Positions 44,381 through 52,555 of a DNA stretch of 52,555 bases are shown piece after piece. The DNA comes from Actibacterium sp. (GTDB lineage Bacteria; Pseudomonadota; Alphaproteobacteria; Rhodobacterales; Rhodobacteraceae). The DNA lies in NCBI GenBank assembly GCA_016278285.1, contig JADQCD010000127.1:1-52555 (forward strand), in the 5' to 3' direction. The position numbers and the translations under genes were made by a program. Under the pieces are notes generated by a model. It worked only from the letters and a program-made list of their open reading frames with translations, was not told the origin of the DNA and made no database searches. How positions within the stretch are numbered: the stretch's first letter is position 1; the number at the start of each line of letters is the position of its first letter.

Positions 44381-44863
44381 TCACTCATATTTCAGCGTCA
44401 TCAGATACGCGACAACATCCTCGATCTGTTGCGCAGTCAAAAGCGGCGGCAGCGGCTCTTCCGCGGCCTTGCCGGTGAACCCCTTGCCGGGACGGATATA
44501 GCCGGTGGTCTTGTAGAAAGACGGCATCATGGATTCGGGAAAGGTCTTCTTGGCGTCGGCGACGATTCCACGAAGCTCGGCCTCGCTCCAGCGGTCGCCG
44601 GCCCCGTCAAGCGGCGGCCCGATCTCGCCCTGGAAGGCCACATCGTCCATTTCCGAGATCACATGGCAGGCCACGCAGTTGCCAAGGCTCTTGGTTCCCA
44701 TGACCTTGCGCCCCGCCGCCGAATCGCCGGCCTGCCCGGTCAACGACTGTTCGACGGCGCCATATTCGCCATATTGCACATCCTTGGGCGCCACCACCTC
44801 GGCGGCCGACGCGGCCCCGACACTGGCCGCGACACAGACGGCGCTCATTATTGCGCGATTCAT
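44381..44863 (-). CDS. soxX: Monoheme cytochrome c SoxX
   Basis: 160 aa with a signal peptide and a single CVACH heme motif. Lies upstream of soxY. Confidence 0.9.
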   Translation of the reverse strand: MNRAIMSAVCVAASVGAASAAEVVAPKDVQYGEYGAVEQSLTGQAGDSAAGRKVMGTKSLGNCVACHVISEMDDVAFQGEIGPPLDGAGDRWSEAELRGIVADAKKTFPESMMPSFYKTTGYIRPGKGFTGKAAEEPLPPLLTAQQIEDVVAYLMTLKYE

Positions 44864-44920
44864 TAGTGTCTCCTCCCGCTCCTTTTTCGTTTTCCGAACC
44901 TATCTCAGGTATCCCGCCGC

Positions 44921-44948
44921 ATGCAACAACAAATCTATTTTTCTGCAT
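44921..44948. promoter_or_regulatory. AT-rich candidate SoxR operator in the soxW-soxX intergenic region
   Basis: ATGCAACAACAAATCTATTTTTCTGCAT has ATGCA/TGCAT ends and shares AACAA...ATTTTTCT-like elements with the soxV-soxS intergenic region (46371..46404). Confidence 0.35.
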
Positions 44949-45023
44949 ACGACGGGGTGCCCGTCACGATCCCTGCAACCACCCCGATTGACACTGACAA
45001 TTTCCTGCACGATGCCGAGTGTC

Positions 45024-45593
45024 TCAGTCGTTGCCGGTCACCTGGCGGGCGACGTATTTCTGGAAATGCTCGTCCGTTTCATACCCTTTTTCAAGCACCC
45101 AGGTCAGCATCGCCTTGGTCGTTCCCTTGCCGAATGCGCCGGGCATGGTCATCACCGCGGCCTTGCCGGCATTGCCCGTCTCCGGCGCCTCCTCGGGCAT
45201 GAACATCATGGTCGGTGTGAACATGATGCCCCAGCGGCGGGCCATCTCCTTTTCGGGCAGGGTCGTGCCATCGAAATCGGTCACTTCGACATCGCCGAAC
45301 AGGTTCAGCTGGACAACATAGTATTTCTCGCGCAGCAGAGCGTCGATCTCGGGATCCGGGAACACTTCTTCATGCATCTTGCGGCAATAGATGCAGCCGC
45401 GCTGTTCCCAGATCAGCAGCAGGCGCTTGTCCTGCGCGTTGGCGGTGGCCAGATCGTCGCCCACATCCTTGAACGTCTCTTCCAGCCAGACGGGTTTGTG
45501 CAGGCCATCATCACCCATCGGCGCTTCGGCCAGAACGGGCCCGGCCAATGCCAGGAAACCAGCCAAAGCATACGAAAAAAGTCGGGTCATCAT
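45024..45593 (-). CDS. soxW: Periplasmic thioredoxin SoxW
   Basis: Signal peptide and a thioredoxin CxxC motif (WEQRGCIYCRKMH). Lies between soxV and soxX. Confidence 0.88.
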   Translation of the reverse strand: MMTRLFSYALAGFLALAGPVLAEAPMGDDGLHKPVWLEETFKDVGDDLATANAQDKRLLLIWEQRGCIYCRKMHEEVFPDPEIDALLREKYYVVQLNLFGDVEVTDFDGTTLPEKEMARRWGIMFTPTMMFMPEEAPETGNAGKAAVMTMPGAFGKGTTKAMLTWVLEKGYETDEHFQKYVARQVTGND

Positions 45594-45608
45594 CGTCTCC
45601 TCCTCAGT

Positions 45609-46346
45609 TCACCCGTACCTGGAAAAGGCCGGGAAGGTATCAAGCATCCACTGGGCGATATAGTTGACCGAATTGGTTGCGATCAGCACCCCGAACAGGA
45701 TCAGCATTGCCCCCATCACCTTTTCCACATGGCCCATGTATTTCCGGTTTCGCTGCATCCAGCCCAGGAACGCCTTGGAAAACAGCGCGGCAACGACAAA
45801 GGGCGCGGTCATCGCCAGGCCGTAGACCAGCAGCAACAGCCCGCCGCGCCAGACATCGCCCATGCCACTGGCCACCATCAGGATTGCCGCCAAGGCCGGG
45901 CCGACGCAGGGTGTCCAGCCGAATCCGAAGGCCAGCCCCATCACATAGGCGCCCAGCACGGTCGAAGGCTCTGCCCGGCTTTCCAACCGCGCCTCGCGAT
46001 ACAGAAACGGGATGCGGAAAATCCCCAGAAAGTGCAGCCCGAACAGGATCAGGATCACCGCGGCGACATAGGACAGCGGAGTCATCCAGGCACGAAAGGC
46101 CTGGCCAAGCGCGGTGGCGCCCATTCCGAGAACCACGAAGATCGTGGTGACGCCCAGCGCAAAGAATAACGATGACAGCACCAGCCGCCGCTGCGCGCCC
46201 GGCGCGATCTCTCCGTCGCCGCGCAGTTGCGACATTGAAATGCCCGCCATGTAGCACAGGTAGAATGGCACCATCGGCAAGACACATGGAGACAGAAAGG
46301 ACAGGATGCCGGCCAACGCCGCCCCGCCGAAGGAAATATCAAGCAA
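45609..46346 (-). CDS. soxV: CcdA/DsbD-family membrane thiol:disulfide electron transporter SoxV
   Basis: Multi-TM protein with the conserved SFLSPCVLPMVP cysteine motif. I favour the TTG start at 46346, preceded by AAGGGAGGGG (245 aa), over the track ATG at 46382. The ATG would leave only 12 bp to the track start of soxS. Confidence 0.85.
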   Translation of the reverse strand: MLDISFGGAALAGILSFLSPCVLPMVPFYLCYMAGISMSQLRGDGEIAPGAQRRLVLSSLFFALGVTTIFVVLGMGATALGQAFRAWMTPLSYVAAVILILFGLHFLGIFRIPFLYREARLESRAEPSTVLGAYVMGLAFGFGWTPCVGPALAAILMVASGMGDVWRGGLLLLVYGLAMTAPFVVAALFSKAFLGWMQRNRKYMGHVEKVMGAMLILFGVLIATNSVNYIAQWMLDTFPAFSRYG

Positions 46347-46370
46347 CCGCGCCCCTCCCTTGTCGCGTAC

Positions 46371-46404
46371 GAACAAACACATTACATTATTTCTATGTTT
46401 AACC
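46371..46404. promoter_or_regulatory. AT-rich candidate SoxR operator/promoter in the soxV-soxS divergent intergenic region
   Basis: GAACAAACACATTACATTATTTCTATGTTTAACC is the only AT-rich patch between the divergent sox genes. It shares elements with 44921..44948. Confidence 0.35.
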
Positions 46405-46415
46405 GGAGCTGGTCA

Positions 46416-46823
46416 ATGGTGCGTTTCCTGATTTCGCTTGCCGCTGCGACGATTGTCGCCCTGGGCATCGCCCTGCCTGCCGGGGCCGAATTGCGTCTGG
46501 TGATGTTCGAAGAGAAGGGCTGCACCTATTGCGCCATGTGGAACAGCCAGATCGCGCCGATCTATCCCAAGACGCCCGAAGGTCGCGCCGCCCCGTTGCA
46601 GCGCGTGGATGTGAACGGCGCCCTGCCCGAGGATCTGAGCCTGACTTCCCGGCCGCGCTTCACGCCGACCTTCGTGCTGGTGCGCGATGGCGTGGAACTG
46701 GGACGGATCGAGGGCTATCCGGGCGAGGCGTTCTTCTGGGGTCTTCTGGGCATGATGCTGACCGAACGCGCCGAAGTTACGCTGAACGCGCAGGACGACA
46801 GGGAATTGGCGGCCGAGGGATGA
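46416..46823 (+). CDS. soxS: Periplasmic thioredoxin-like protein SoxS
   Basis: MVRFLISLAAATIVALGIALPAGA signal peptide and a CxxC motif (EEKGCTYCAMW). Alternative ATG at 46395. Confidence 0.8.
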   Translation: MVRFLISLAAATIVALGIALPAGAELRLVMFEEKGCTYCAMWNSQIAPIYPKTPEGRAAPLQRVDVNGALPEDLSLTSRPRFTPTFVLVRDGVELGRIEGYPGEAFFWGLLGMMLTERAEVTLNAQDDRELAAEG

Positions 46824-46972
46824 GCCCGGTCAAAAATACCGCACTCCGCCAGCGGAGTACCGGCAATTCCCGGATCGATTCCCTTTTGGACCCAAGTTAT
46901 GCTATGAGCCTGCTGCGAACGAATAATCACTCGGGAAACGGGACGGGACCGGGCGACGGCCCTGAAACAGAC

Positions 46973-47338
46973 ATGGCAGAAGCAATTCATCCCTTTGACA
47001 TGAACGCCCGCGACCTGGATTCTTCCGACGCCAGCCCGGTCGTGGCCGACGACATGATGGAAAAGGCCGAGGCGGCTTCGGGCTTTCTCAAGGCGCTGTC
47101 GCACGAAGGGCGACTGATGATCCTGTGCCATCTGTCCACCGGTGAAAAGACCGTGACCGAGCTGGAAAATCTGCTTTCCTCGCGGCAGGCCGCGGTCAGT
47201 CAGCAACTGGCACGGCTGCGGCTGGAAGGGTTGGTCGCCTGCCGGCGCGAAGGCAAGGCGATCTACTATTCGCTTGCCGACGACCGCGCACGGCGTACGA
47301 TCGAGCTGGTCTACGACATGTTCTGCAACCGGGCCTGA
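46973..47338 (+). CDS. soxR: ArsR family transcriptional repressor SoxR
   Basis: 121 aa from ATG 46973. ArsR wHTH (FLKALSHEGRLMILCHLSTGEKTVTELENLLSSRQAAVSQQLARLRLEGLV). Lies downstream of soxS. The start choice is uncertain. Confidence 0.85.
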   Translation: MAEAIHPFDMNARDLDSSDASPVVADDMMEKAEAASGFLKALSHEGRLMILCHLSTGEKTVTELENLLSSRQAAVSQQLARLRLEGLVACRREGKAIYYSLADDRARRTIELVYDMFCNRA

Positions 47339-47377
47339 CGGGCGCGGGCAGCAGCGGAACGTACGGAGGGCCACGCA

Positions 47378-48424
47378 ATGGCGATTTTACCGATAGGCGC
47401 CATCGCGGCGTTGATTGGCCTGGCAACGGGCGTGGTGCTGGGGCTTGCCGCCCGGCTGGGGGAGTTCTGCACCCTGGGAGCCATCGAAAGCGCCGTCTAC
47501 GGGCACGATCAGCGCCGGTTGCGCATGTGGGGAATCGTACTCGGCGCCGCGATCTTCCTGACCTTCCTGCTGGGCGGGGCCGGCCTGGTCGATATCGAGG
47601 CGACGATGTATCACTCGGTCGTCTGGAATCCGGCCGCCAGCGTGGTGGGCGGCGGCGCCTTCGGCTATGGCATGGCGCTTGCGGGAAATTGCGGCTTCGG
47701 CGCCTTGGCACGATTTGGCGGCGGCGACTTGCGATCCATGGTGGTGGTCGTGGTGATCGCGATCTTCGGCTTCATCACCCTGAACGGCCCGCTGGCCAAT
47801 CTACGCATGTTCCTGTTTCCCCAAGAGTTGTCTGCCGCCCCACAAGGCTTTGCCCACCTGATCGAAAGCCAGCTTGGTCTGTCCAGAATGGTTTTCGCCA
47901 CGCTGGTCTCGGTGGCGTTCGTCATCTGGGGCCTGTCCTACGCGCCGCTGCGTCGCTCACCGCGTCGTATCGCATGGGCCGCGGCGGTGGGGGCCACGAT
48001 CACCCTGGCATTCTGGGGAACCACCGCGCTGCACGAACAGAGCTTCGGGGCGGTTCCGGTCGAGGGGCACAGCTTTACCGCTCCACTTGGCCGCACGCTG
48101 CTTTGGCTGATGACCTCATCCGCCGGCGGGCTGGGATTCGGCGTGGGCTCTGTCATCGGGGTGCTGGTCGGGGCCTTCCTCGGCTCCTCCATCAAGGGCC
48201 TGTTCCGATGGGAGGCATGCGAGGACCCGCGCGAGCTTGGCCGCCAGGTTACGGGGGCCGCGCTGATGGGGATTGGCGGGGTGGTCGCACTGGGCTGTTC
48301 GGTCGGCCAGGGCGTATCGGCCTTTGCCACCCTGGCCTATTCGGCGCCGGTCACTCTGGGCGCGATCTATCTGGGCGCGGTGGTCGGGCTGCGGCGACTG
48401 ATCCACGGCTTTCAGCCGGACTGA
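47378..48424 (+). CDS. YeeE/YedE family sulfur-compound (thiosulfate) permease, SoxT-like
   Basis: 348-aa polytopic membrane protein with two repeats, each containing a conserved Cys in a G.C..G context (LGEFCTLGA, LAGNCGFGA, ALGCSVGQG). Starts 39 nt after soxR. Confidence 0.85.
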   Translation: MAILPIGAIAALIGLATGVVLGLAARLGEFCTLGAIESAVYGHDQRRLRMWGIVLGAAIFLTFLLGGAGLVDIEATMYHSVVWNPAASVVGGGAFGYGMALAGNCGFGALARFGGGDLRSMVVVVVIAIFGFITLNGPLANLRMFLFPQELSAAPQGFAHLIESQLGLSRMVFATLVSVAFVIWGLSYAPLRRSPRRIAWAAAVGATITLAFWGTTALHEQSFGAVPVEGHSFTAPLGRTLLWLMTSSAGGLGFGVGSVIGVLVGAFLGSSIKGLFRWEACEDPRELGRQVTGAALMGIGGVVALGCSVGQGVSAFATLAYSAPVTLGAIYLGAVVGLRRLIHGFQPD

Positions 48425-48492
48425 CGCAGAGGGCGTTGCATCGCGGTCCGCTCTTCCTGCAAATGTGCGGGAACGCCGAAGGAAGGATCCCG

Positions 48493-49875
48493 ATGAACCA
48501 CGACGAGCTTGCCCATTGGTCGAAACGCGCAGCCGATTGGGCGCGCGATTATCACGCCGGGCTGCGCGACCGCCCCGTCCGTGCCCGCACAAACCCCGGC
48601 GAGACGGCTGCAAAACTGCCCGCGCAGCCCCCGGAAAAGCCCGACCCCATGGAACGGATCTTCGCCGATTTCGAGGCGATCGTGCCCGATGCCATGACCC
48701 ATTGGCAGCACCCGCGTTTCTTCGCCTATTTCCCGGCCAACGCGGCGCCCGCCTCGATGCTGGCCGAGCAGCTGACCAATGCGGTCGCGGCGCAGTGCAT
48801 GTTGTGGCAAACCGCGCCGGCGGCGACCGAGATCGAGCAGGTGATGGCCGGCTGGCTGCGCGAAGCGCTGGGGCTGGGCCCTCATTTCACGGGCACGATT
48901 CATGACAGCGCGACCACTGCCACGCTCTCGGCAGTGCTGACGATGCGTGAACGGGCGCTGGACTGGGCGGGAAACGCCGCGGGATTGTCGGGACAGCCGC
49001 AGCTGCGCCTCTATGCATCGGACCAGACACATTTTTCGGTGGACAAGGCCGCGCGGATCGCCGGAATCGGGCAGGACAACCTGGTCAAGGTGGCCACCGA
49101 CGACGCGCTGGCGATGGACCCCGCCGCGCTGGACGCCGCCATTCGCGCCGATCGGGACGCGGGCCTTGTGCCGGCCGGCGTGGTTCTTTGCATCGGCGGC
49201 ACCTCGGTCGGCGCGTCTGACCGTCTGGACGCGGCAATCACCGTGGCGCGCCACCACGGTCTGATGACCCATGTCGATGCGGCCTGGGCGGGATCGGCCA
49301 TGATCTGCCCTGAATTCCGCCCCCTGTGGCAGGGTGTGGACCGCGCCGATTCGCTGGTCTTCAACCCGCACAAATGGCTGGGGGCACAGTTCGACTGCGC
49401 GGTGCAATTCCTTGCCGATCCGGTGGACCAGGTGCGGACCCTTGGCCTGCGCCCCGATTACCTGGAAACGCTCGACCAGGACGCGGTGGTGAATTTCAAT
49501 GAATGGACGGTGCCCCTGGGCCGCCGGTTCCGCGCACTCAAGCTGTGGTTCACCCTGCGCGCCTACGGGCTGGAGGGTCTGCGCACACGGATTCGCAACC
49601 ATGTGACCTGGGCGGCGGAACTTGCCGAGGCGATCAGCAGCCTGCCGGAATTCCAGATCGTGACAGGGCCTGCGCTTTCGCTGTTCACCTTCCGCTACCG
49701 CGACAGCGACGATGAAACCGCGGCCCTGCTGACACGGATCAACGACGATGGGCGCGTCTACCTGACCCAGACCCGGCACCAGGGGCGGTTCGTGATCCGG
49801 GTGCAGGTCGGACAGTTCGACTGCACCCGAGACGACGTCATGTGCGTGTCGAAGGTCCTGCGCGAGCTGGCCTGA
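48493..49875 (+). CDS. Group II pyridoxal-phosphate-dependent (aromatic-L-amino-acid-type) decarboxylase
   Basis: Real start at ATG 48493 (MNHDELAHW...THWQHPRFFAYFPAN...; PLP-lysine motif NPHKW), 460 aa. The N-terminal part of ORF 47527..49875 is out of frame over the YeeE gene. Confidence 0.88.
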   Translation: MNHDELAHWSKRAADWARDYHAGLRDRPVRARTNPGETAAKLPAQPPEKPDPMERIFADFEAIVPDAMTHWQHPRFFAYFPANAAPASMLAEQLTNAVAAQCMLWQTAPAATEIEQVMAGWLREALGLGPHFTGTIHDSATTATLSAVLTMRERALDWAGNAAGLSGQPQLRLYASDQTHFSVDKAARIAGIGQDNLVKVATDDALAMDPAALDAAIRADRDAGLVPAGVVLCIGGTSVGASDRLDAAITVARHHGLMTHVDAAWAGSAMICPEFRPLWQGVDRADSLVFNPHKWLGAQFDCAVQFLADPVDQVRTLGLRPDYLETLDQDAVVNFNEWTVPLGRRFRALKLWFTLRAYGLEGLRTRIRNHVTWAAELAEAISSLPEFQIVTGPALSLFTFRYRDSDDETAALLTRINDDGRVYLTQTRHQGRFVIRVQVGQFDCTRDDVMCVSKVLRELA

Positions 49876-49917
49876 AAAACCGGCGCGGTTCGATTTCCGG
49901 TCGGGCTCGCCCCACGA

Positions 49918-50412
49918 TCAGCCCTGCTTTTGCCCCAGTTTTTCGGCCAGCCGCGCCTTGACGGCGGGGCTGACGAATTTGGAAACGTCTCCACCAAGGC
50001 GCGCGATCTCCTTGACCAGCTTGGAGGCAATGGCCTGGCGCCGGGCGTCGGCCATCAGGAACACCGTTTCAACGCTTGAATCGAGCGCACGGTTCATGCC
50101 GACCATCTGGAATTCATATTCGAAATCTGCCACCGCACGCAGCCCGCGCACGATCACCGTCGCACCCACATCATGGGCACAGTCGATCAGCAGGTTATCG
50201 AACGGATGGACGACGACCTCGGCCACGGTGATCTGGGCGCATTCTTCCTGCAGCATCTCGACGCGTTCATCGAGGTCGAACAGGGGGCCCTTGTCGCGGT
50301 TGATCGCCACCCCGATCACCAGCCGATCAACCAGGGTCGCCGCCCGCTGGATGATATCCAGATGCCCCAACGTGACCGGGTCGAAGGTCCCGGGATAAAG
50401 GCCGATGCGCAT
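49918..50412 (-). CDS. coaD: Phosphopantetheine adenylyltransferase
   Basis: MRIGLYPGTFDPVTLGHLDIIQRA... (T/HxGH nucleotidyltransferase motif), 164 aa from ATG 50412. Confidence 0.93.
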   Translation of the reverse strand: MRIGLYPGTFDPVTLGHLDIIQRAATLVDRLVIGVAINRDKGPLFDLDERVEMLQEECAQITVAEVVVHPFDNLLIDCAHDVGATVIVRGLRAVADFEYEFQMVGMNRALDSSVETVFLMADARRQAIASKLVKEIARLGGDVSKFVSPAVKARLAEKLGQKQG

Positions 50413-50479
50413 GACTGTCCCCTTTTGCATTTTTCCGCACGCAACAATAACGCGCCCGCGAATGCAAGGGGACGCCGCG

Positions 50480-50914
50480 TCAATGGCCCATGATCATGCC
50501 TTCCAGCGCGTCCTTTTCCATCGCCAGTTCGGCCAGCCGCGCCTTGACCACGTCACCGATCGAGATCAGCCCGATCATCTGGTCGCCGTCCATCACCGGC
50601 ATGTGACGAAAGCGCCCGTCGGTCATCTTCTGCAAGACCTCGACGGCGGTTTCGTCACGCGCGCAGCTAACGATCTCGCGCGTCATCAGGTCATCCACCA
50701 TGTCGGACATGCAGGCGACACCGCGCCGGCCCAGCTCGCGCACGATATCACGCTCTGACAGGATGCCGGCCACATCCTTGCCATCGGAGGAGACGACCAG
50801 CGAGCCGATGCGTTTGTCGGACAGGATCCCGGCCGCTTCGGACACTGTTGTTCCAGGTCTGATCGTCAGCACGCCTTCGTCGGCTTTCATCTTGAGGATC
50901 TGATGCACTTTCAT
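50480..50914 (-). CDS. CBS domain pair protein
   Basis: 144 aa with two CBS repeats (..IGSLVVSSDGKDVAGILSERDI.. and ..FRHMPVMDGDQMIGLISIGDV..). Confidence 0.85.
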   Translation of the reverse strand: MKVHQILKMKADEGVLTIRPGTTVSEAAGILSDKRIGSLVVSSDGKDVAGILSERDIVRELGRRGVACMSDMVDDLMTREIVSCARDETAVEVLQKMTDGRFRHMPVMDGDQMIGLISIGDVVKARLAELAMEKDALEGMIMGH

Positions 50915-50970
50915 GGTGGACCGGCCTCCAATTTCCGATCAGAAAGGTTCACCCGCCGGGCCGGCCGCTG

Positions 50971-51870
50971 TCAAGTCAGTGATTCCAGCCGGGCCACCTC
51001 GCGCTTCAGCCCTTCAACCAGTTCCGCGGCGAAACGGGTCAGCCGCTCGACCTTGCGATCATCGGCATGGCGCAACAGATAGAAACTGCGCGTGAGCGAC
51101 AGGGCCTCGGGCAGCACCTTGACCACCTTCGGCGCGAATGGCAGCGCGAAATCGTGGACGATCCCCACCCCTGCGTGCTGTCGCAGAAAATTAAGCTGCA
51201 CCGCGACCGAGTTCGACGACAGGTCCACCCGGTCGGCACCGGTGGCGGAAAGATAGTCCAGTTCCTTGTCGAAGATCATGTCGGGGATATAACCGACCAT
51301 CCGATGCGCCTTGAGCTGATCCAGCGAGTCGATCGGACCGTTGATCCGGAGATAGCGGCGCGACGCCACGAGATGCAGGTGATAATCGGTGATCTTCTGC
51401 ACCGTCAGCCGGCCGGTGTCGGGCGGGCTGACGGCGATGGCCATGTCCGCTTCGCGCCGGGTCAGGTTGACCACGCGGGGTTGGGCGATGATCTGCACCT
51501 CCAGCCCCGGATGGGTGTCGCAGATCGCGGTGCAAACCTGTGGCAACAGGAAATTGGCGCACCCGTCCGGCGCCCCGATTCGCACCGTGCCGGTCAATTG
51601 CCCGGCCAGGCCGCCGGCCTCTTCGGTGGCAAGCGAGACCGCCTGCTCTGCCTGTTCGGCGCGTATCAACAAACGCGCGCCGTCATCCGATAACGCATAG
51701 CCCTGCGGTGACTTGGCGAACAGCGTTGCGCCCAGCCCCTCTTCCAGGCGTTGAATGCGCCGGCCCACCGTGGCCGGGTCCATCTTCAGCACACGCCCCG
51801 CGCCGCTGAGACTCTCGGCCCGGGCCACGGCAAGGAACACGCGCAGATCGTCCCAGTTGGGCTCCACCAC
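50971..51870 (-). CDS. LysR family transcriptional regulator
   Basis: 299 aa. N-terminal HTH (WDDLRVFLAVARAESLSGAGRVLKMDPATVGRRIQRLE) plus a LysR substrate-binding domain. Divergent from mmsA. Confidence 0.9.
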   Translation of the reverse strand: MVEPNWDDLRVFLAVARAESLSGAGRVLKMDPATVGRRIQRLEEGLGATLFAKSPQGYALSDDGARLLIRAEQAEQAVSLATEEAGGLAGQLTGTVRIGAPDGCANFLLPQVCTAICDTHPGLEVQIIAQPRVVNLTRREADMAIAVSPPDTGRLTVQKITDYHLHLVASRRYLRINGPIDSLDQLKAHRMVGYIPDMIFDKELDYLSATGADRVDLSSNSVAVQLNFLRQHAGVGIVHDFALPFAPKVVKVLPEALSLTRSFYLLRHADDRKVERLTRFAAELVEGLKREVARLESLT

Positions 51871-51970
51871 CGAACCCCTATTCTTGCAAAACGCTTTTGA
51901 AACACTGTCCCTTTTCGACCCAGATTTGCAAGGCTATCATATAATCCAGATTTCCCCGATGGAGGACCCC

Positions 51971-52555
51971 ATGGAAGAGCTTTGCCATTTCATCAACGGA
52001 AAGCGTGTCAAGGGCACGTCGGGCCGTTTCGCCGATGTCTACAACCCCGCCACCGGCGAGGTCCAGGCCAGGGTTCCGCTGGCGAGCCAGCAGGAACTGG
52101 ACGCCGCCGTGGCCGACGCCGCCGAGTCGCAGGTCAAATGGGGCGCCACCAACCCTCAACGCCGGGCGCGGGTGATGATGGAATTCGTTCGCCTGCTGAA
52201 CCGCGACATGGACAAGCTGGCCGAAAAGCTCAGCTCCGAGCATGGCAAGACGTTTCCGGACGCGAAGGGCGACGTGCAGCGCGGGCTTGAGGTGATCGAG
52301 TTCTGCATCGGCGCACCACATTTCATGAAGGGCGAGTTCAGCGACGGCGCCGGGCCGGGGATCGACATGTATTCCTTGCGCCAACCCCTTGGCGTCGCGG
52401 CTGGAATCACCCCGTTCAATTTCCCGGCCATGATCCCGATGTGGAAAATGGGCCCGGCCCTGGCCGCGGGCAATGCCTTCATTCTCAAGCCGTCCGAACG
52501 CGACCCCTCGGTGCCGCTGATGCTGGCCGAACTGTTGCAGGAGGCCGGCCTGCCC
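51971..52555 (+). CDS. mmsA: Methylmalonate/malonate-semialdehyde dehydrogenase (CoA-acylating), 5' part only
   Basis: My translation from ATG 51971: MEELCHFINGKRVKGTSGRFADVYNPATGEVQARVPLASQQELDAAV...GITPFNFPAMIPMWKMGPALAAGNAFILKPSERDP... This is the MmsA/IolA aldehyde dehydrogenase N-terminus. It is open to the window end and so absent from the ORF track. Confidence 0.9.
   Translation, partial: MEELCHFINGKRVKGTSGRFADVYNPATGEVQARVPLASQQELDAAVADAAESQVKWGATNPQRRARVMMEFVRLLNRDMDKLAEKLSSEHGKTFPDAKGDVQRGLEVIEFCIGAPHFMKGEFSDGAGPGIDMYSLRQPLGVAAGITPFNFPAMIPMWKMGPALAAGNAFILKPSERDPSVPLMLAELLQEAGLP

Noticed and set aside
47527-48492. N-terminal part of the 782-aa ORF 47527..49875
   Set aside because: It overlaps the YeeE/YedE permease out of frame and is Arg/Gly-rich. 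Decarboxylase homology starts at ATG 48493.

Overview
High-GC alphaproteobacterial DNA. The Paracoccus-type sox arrangement (soxSR divergent from soxVWXYZABCD) suggests Rhodobacteraceae. The window is a mosaic of core genes, accessory blocks and five decayed IS fragments. Left to right: partial GntR regulator, YgjP-like metallohydrolase, zinc-ribbon protein, tRNA-Ala(GGC), SulP/USP/TraR-DksA triad, modABC, IS5 remnant, purD/xseA, then a decayed stretch (IS3 remnant, frameshifted Tat-flavodoxin, internally deleted hydrolase). A quinone oxidoreductase and an IS110 remnant follow. Next is a ~24 kb cyclitol catabolism island (about 14.4-38.1 kb). Module 1 is one minus-strand operon: iolI-like, ABC transporter, iolG, iolC-DUF2090 fusion, iolD, iolE, a PhyH-family dioxygenase, a 67-aa membrane ORF and iolB. 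Module 2 has two Gfo/Idh/MocA oxidoreductases and a TIM-barrel enzyme, divergent from iolC-like, iolB-like and a class II aldolase. Beside it sits a MocD/MocE-like oxygenase plus Rieske ferredoxin operon with a divergent PanB-family protein. Three LacI regulators are interspersed. An IS21 remnant separates the island from a sox cluster that stops at soxD. Then come soxS, soxR, a YeeE/YedE permease, a PLP decarboxylase, coaD, a CBS protein, a LysR regulator and partial mmsA/iolA. The best candidate for novelty is the MocDE-like/PanB-like operon with module 2, possibly a methylated or amino cyclitol route; the PhyH plus micro-ORF insertion in the iol operon comes second. All calls rest on by-eye motif recognition. 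No searches were run.
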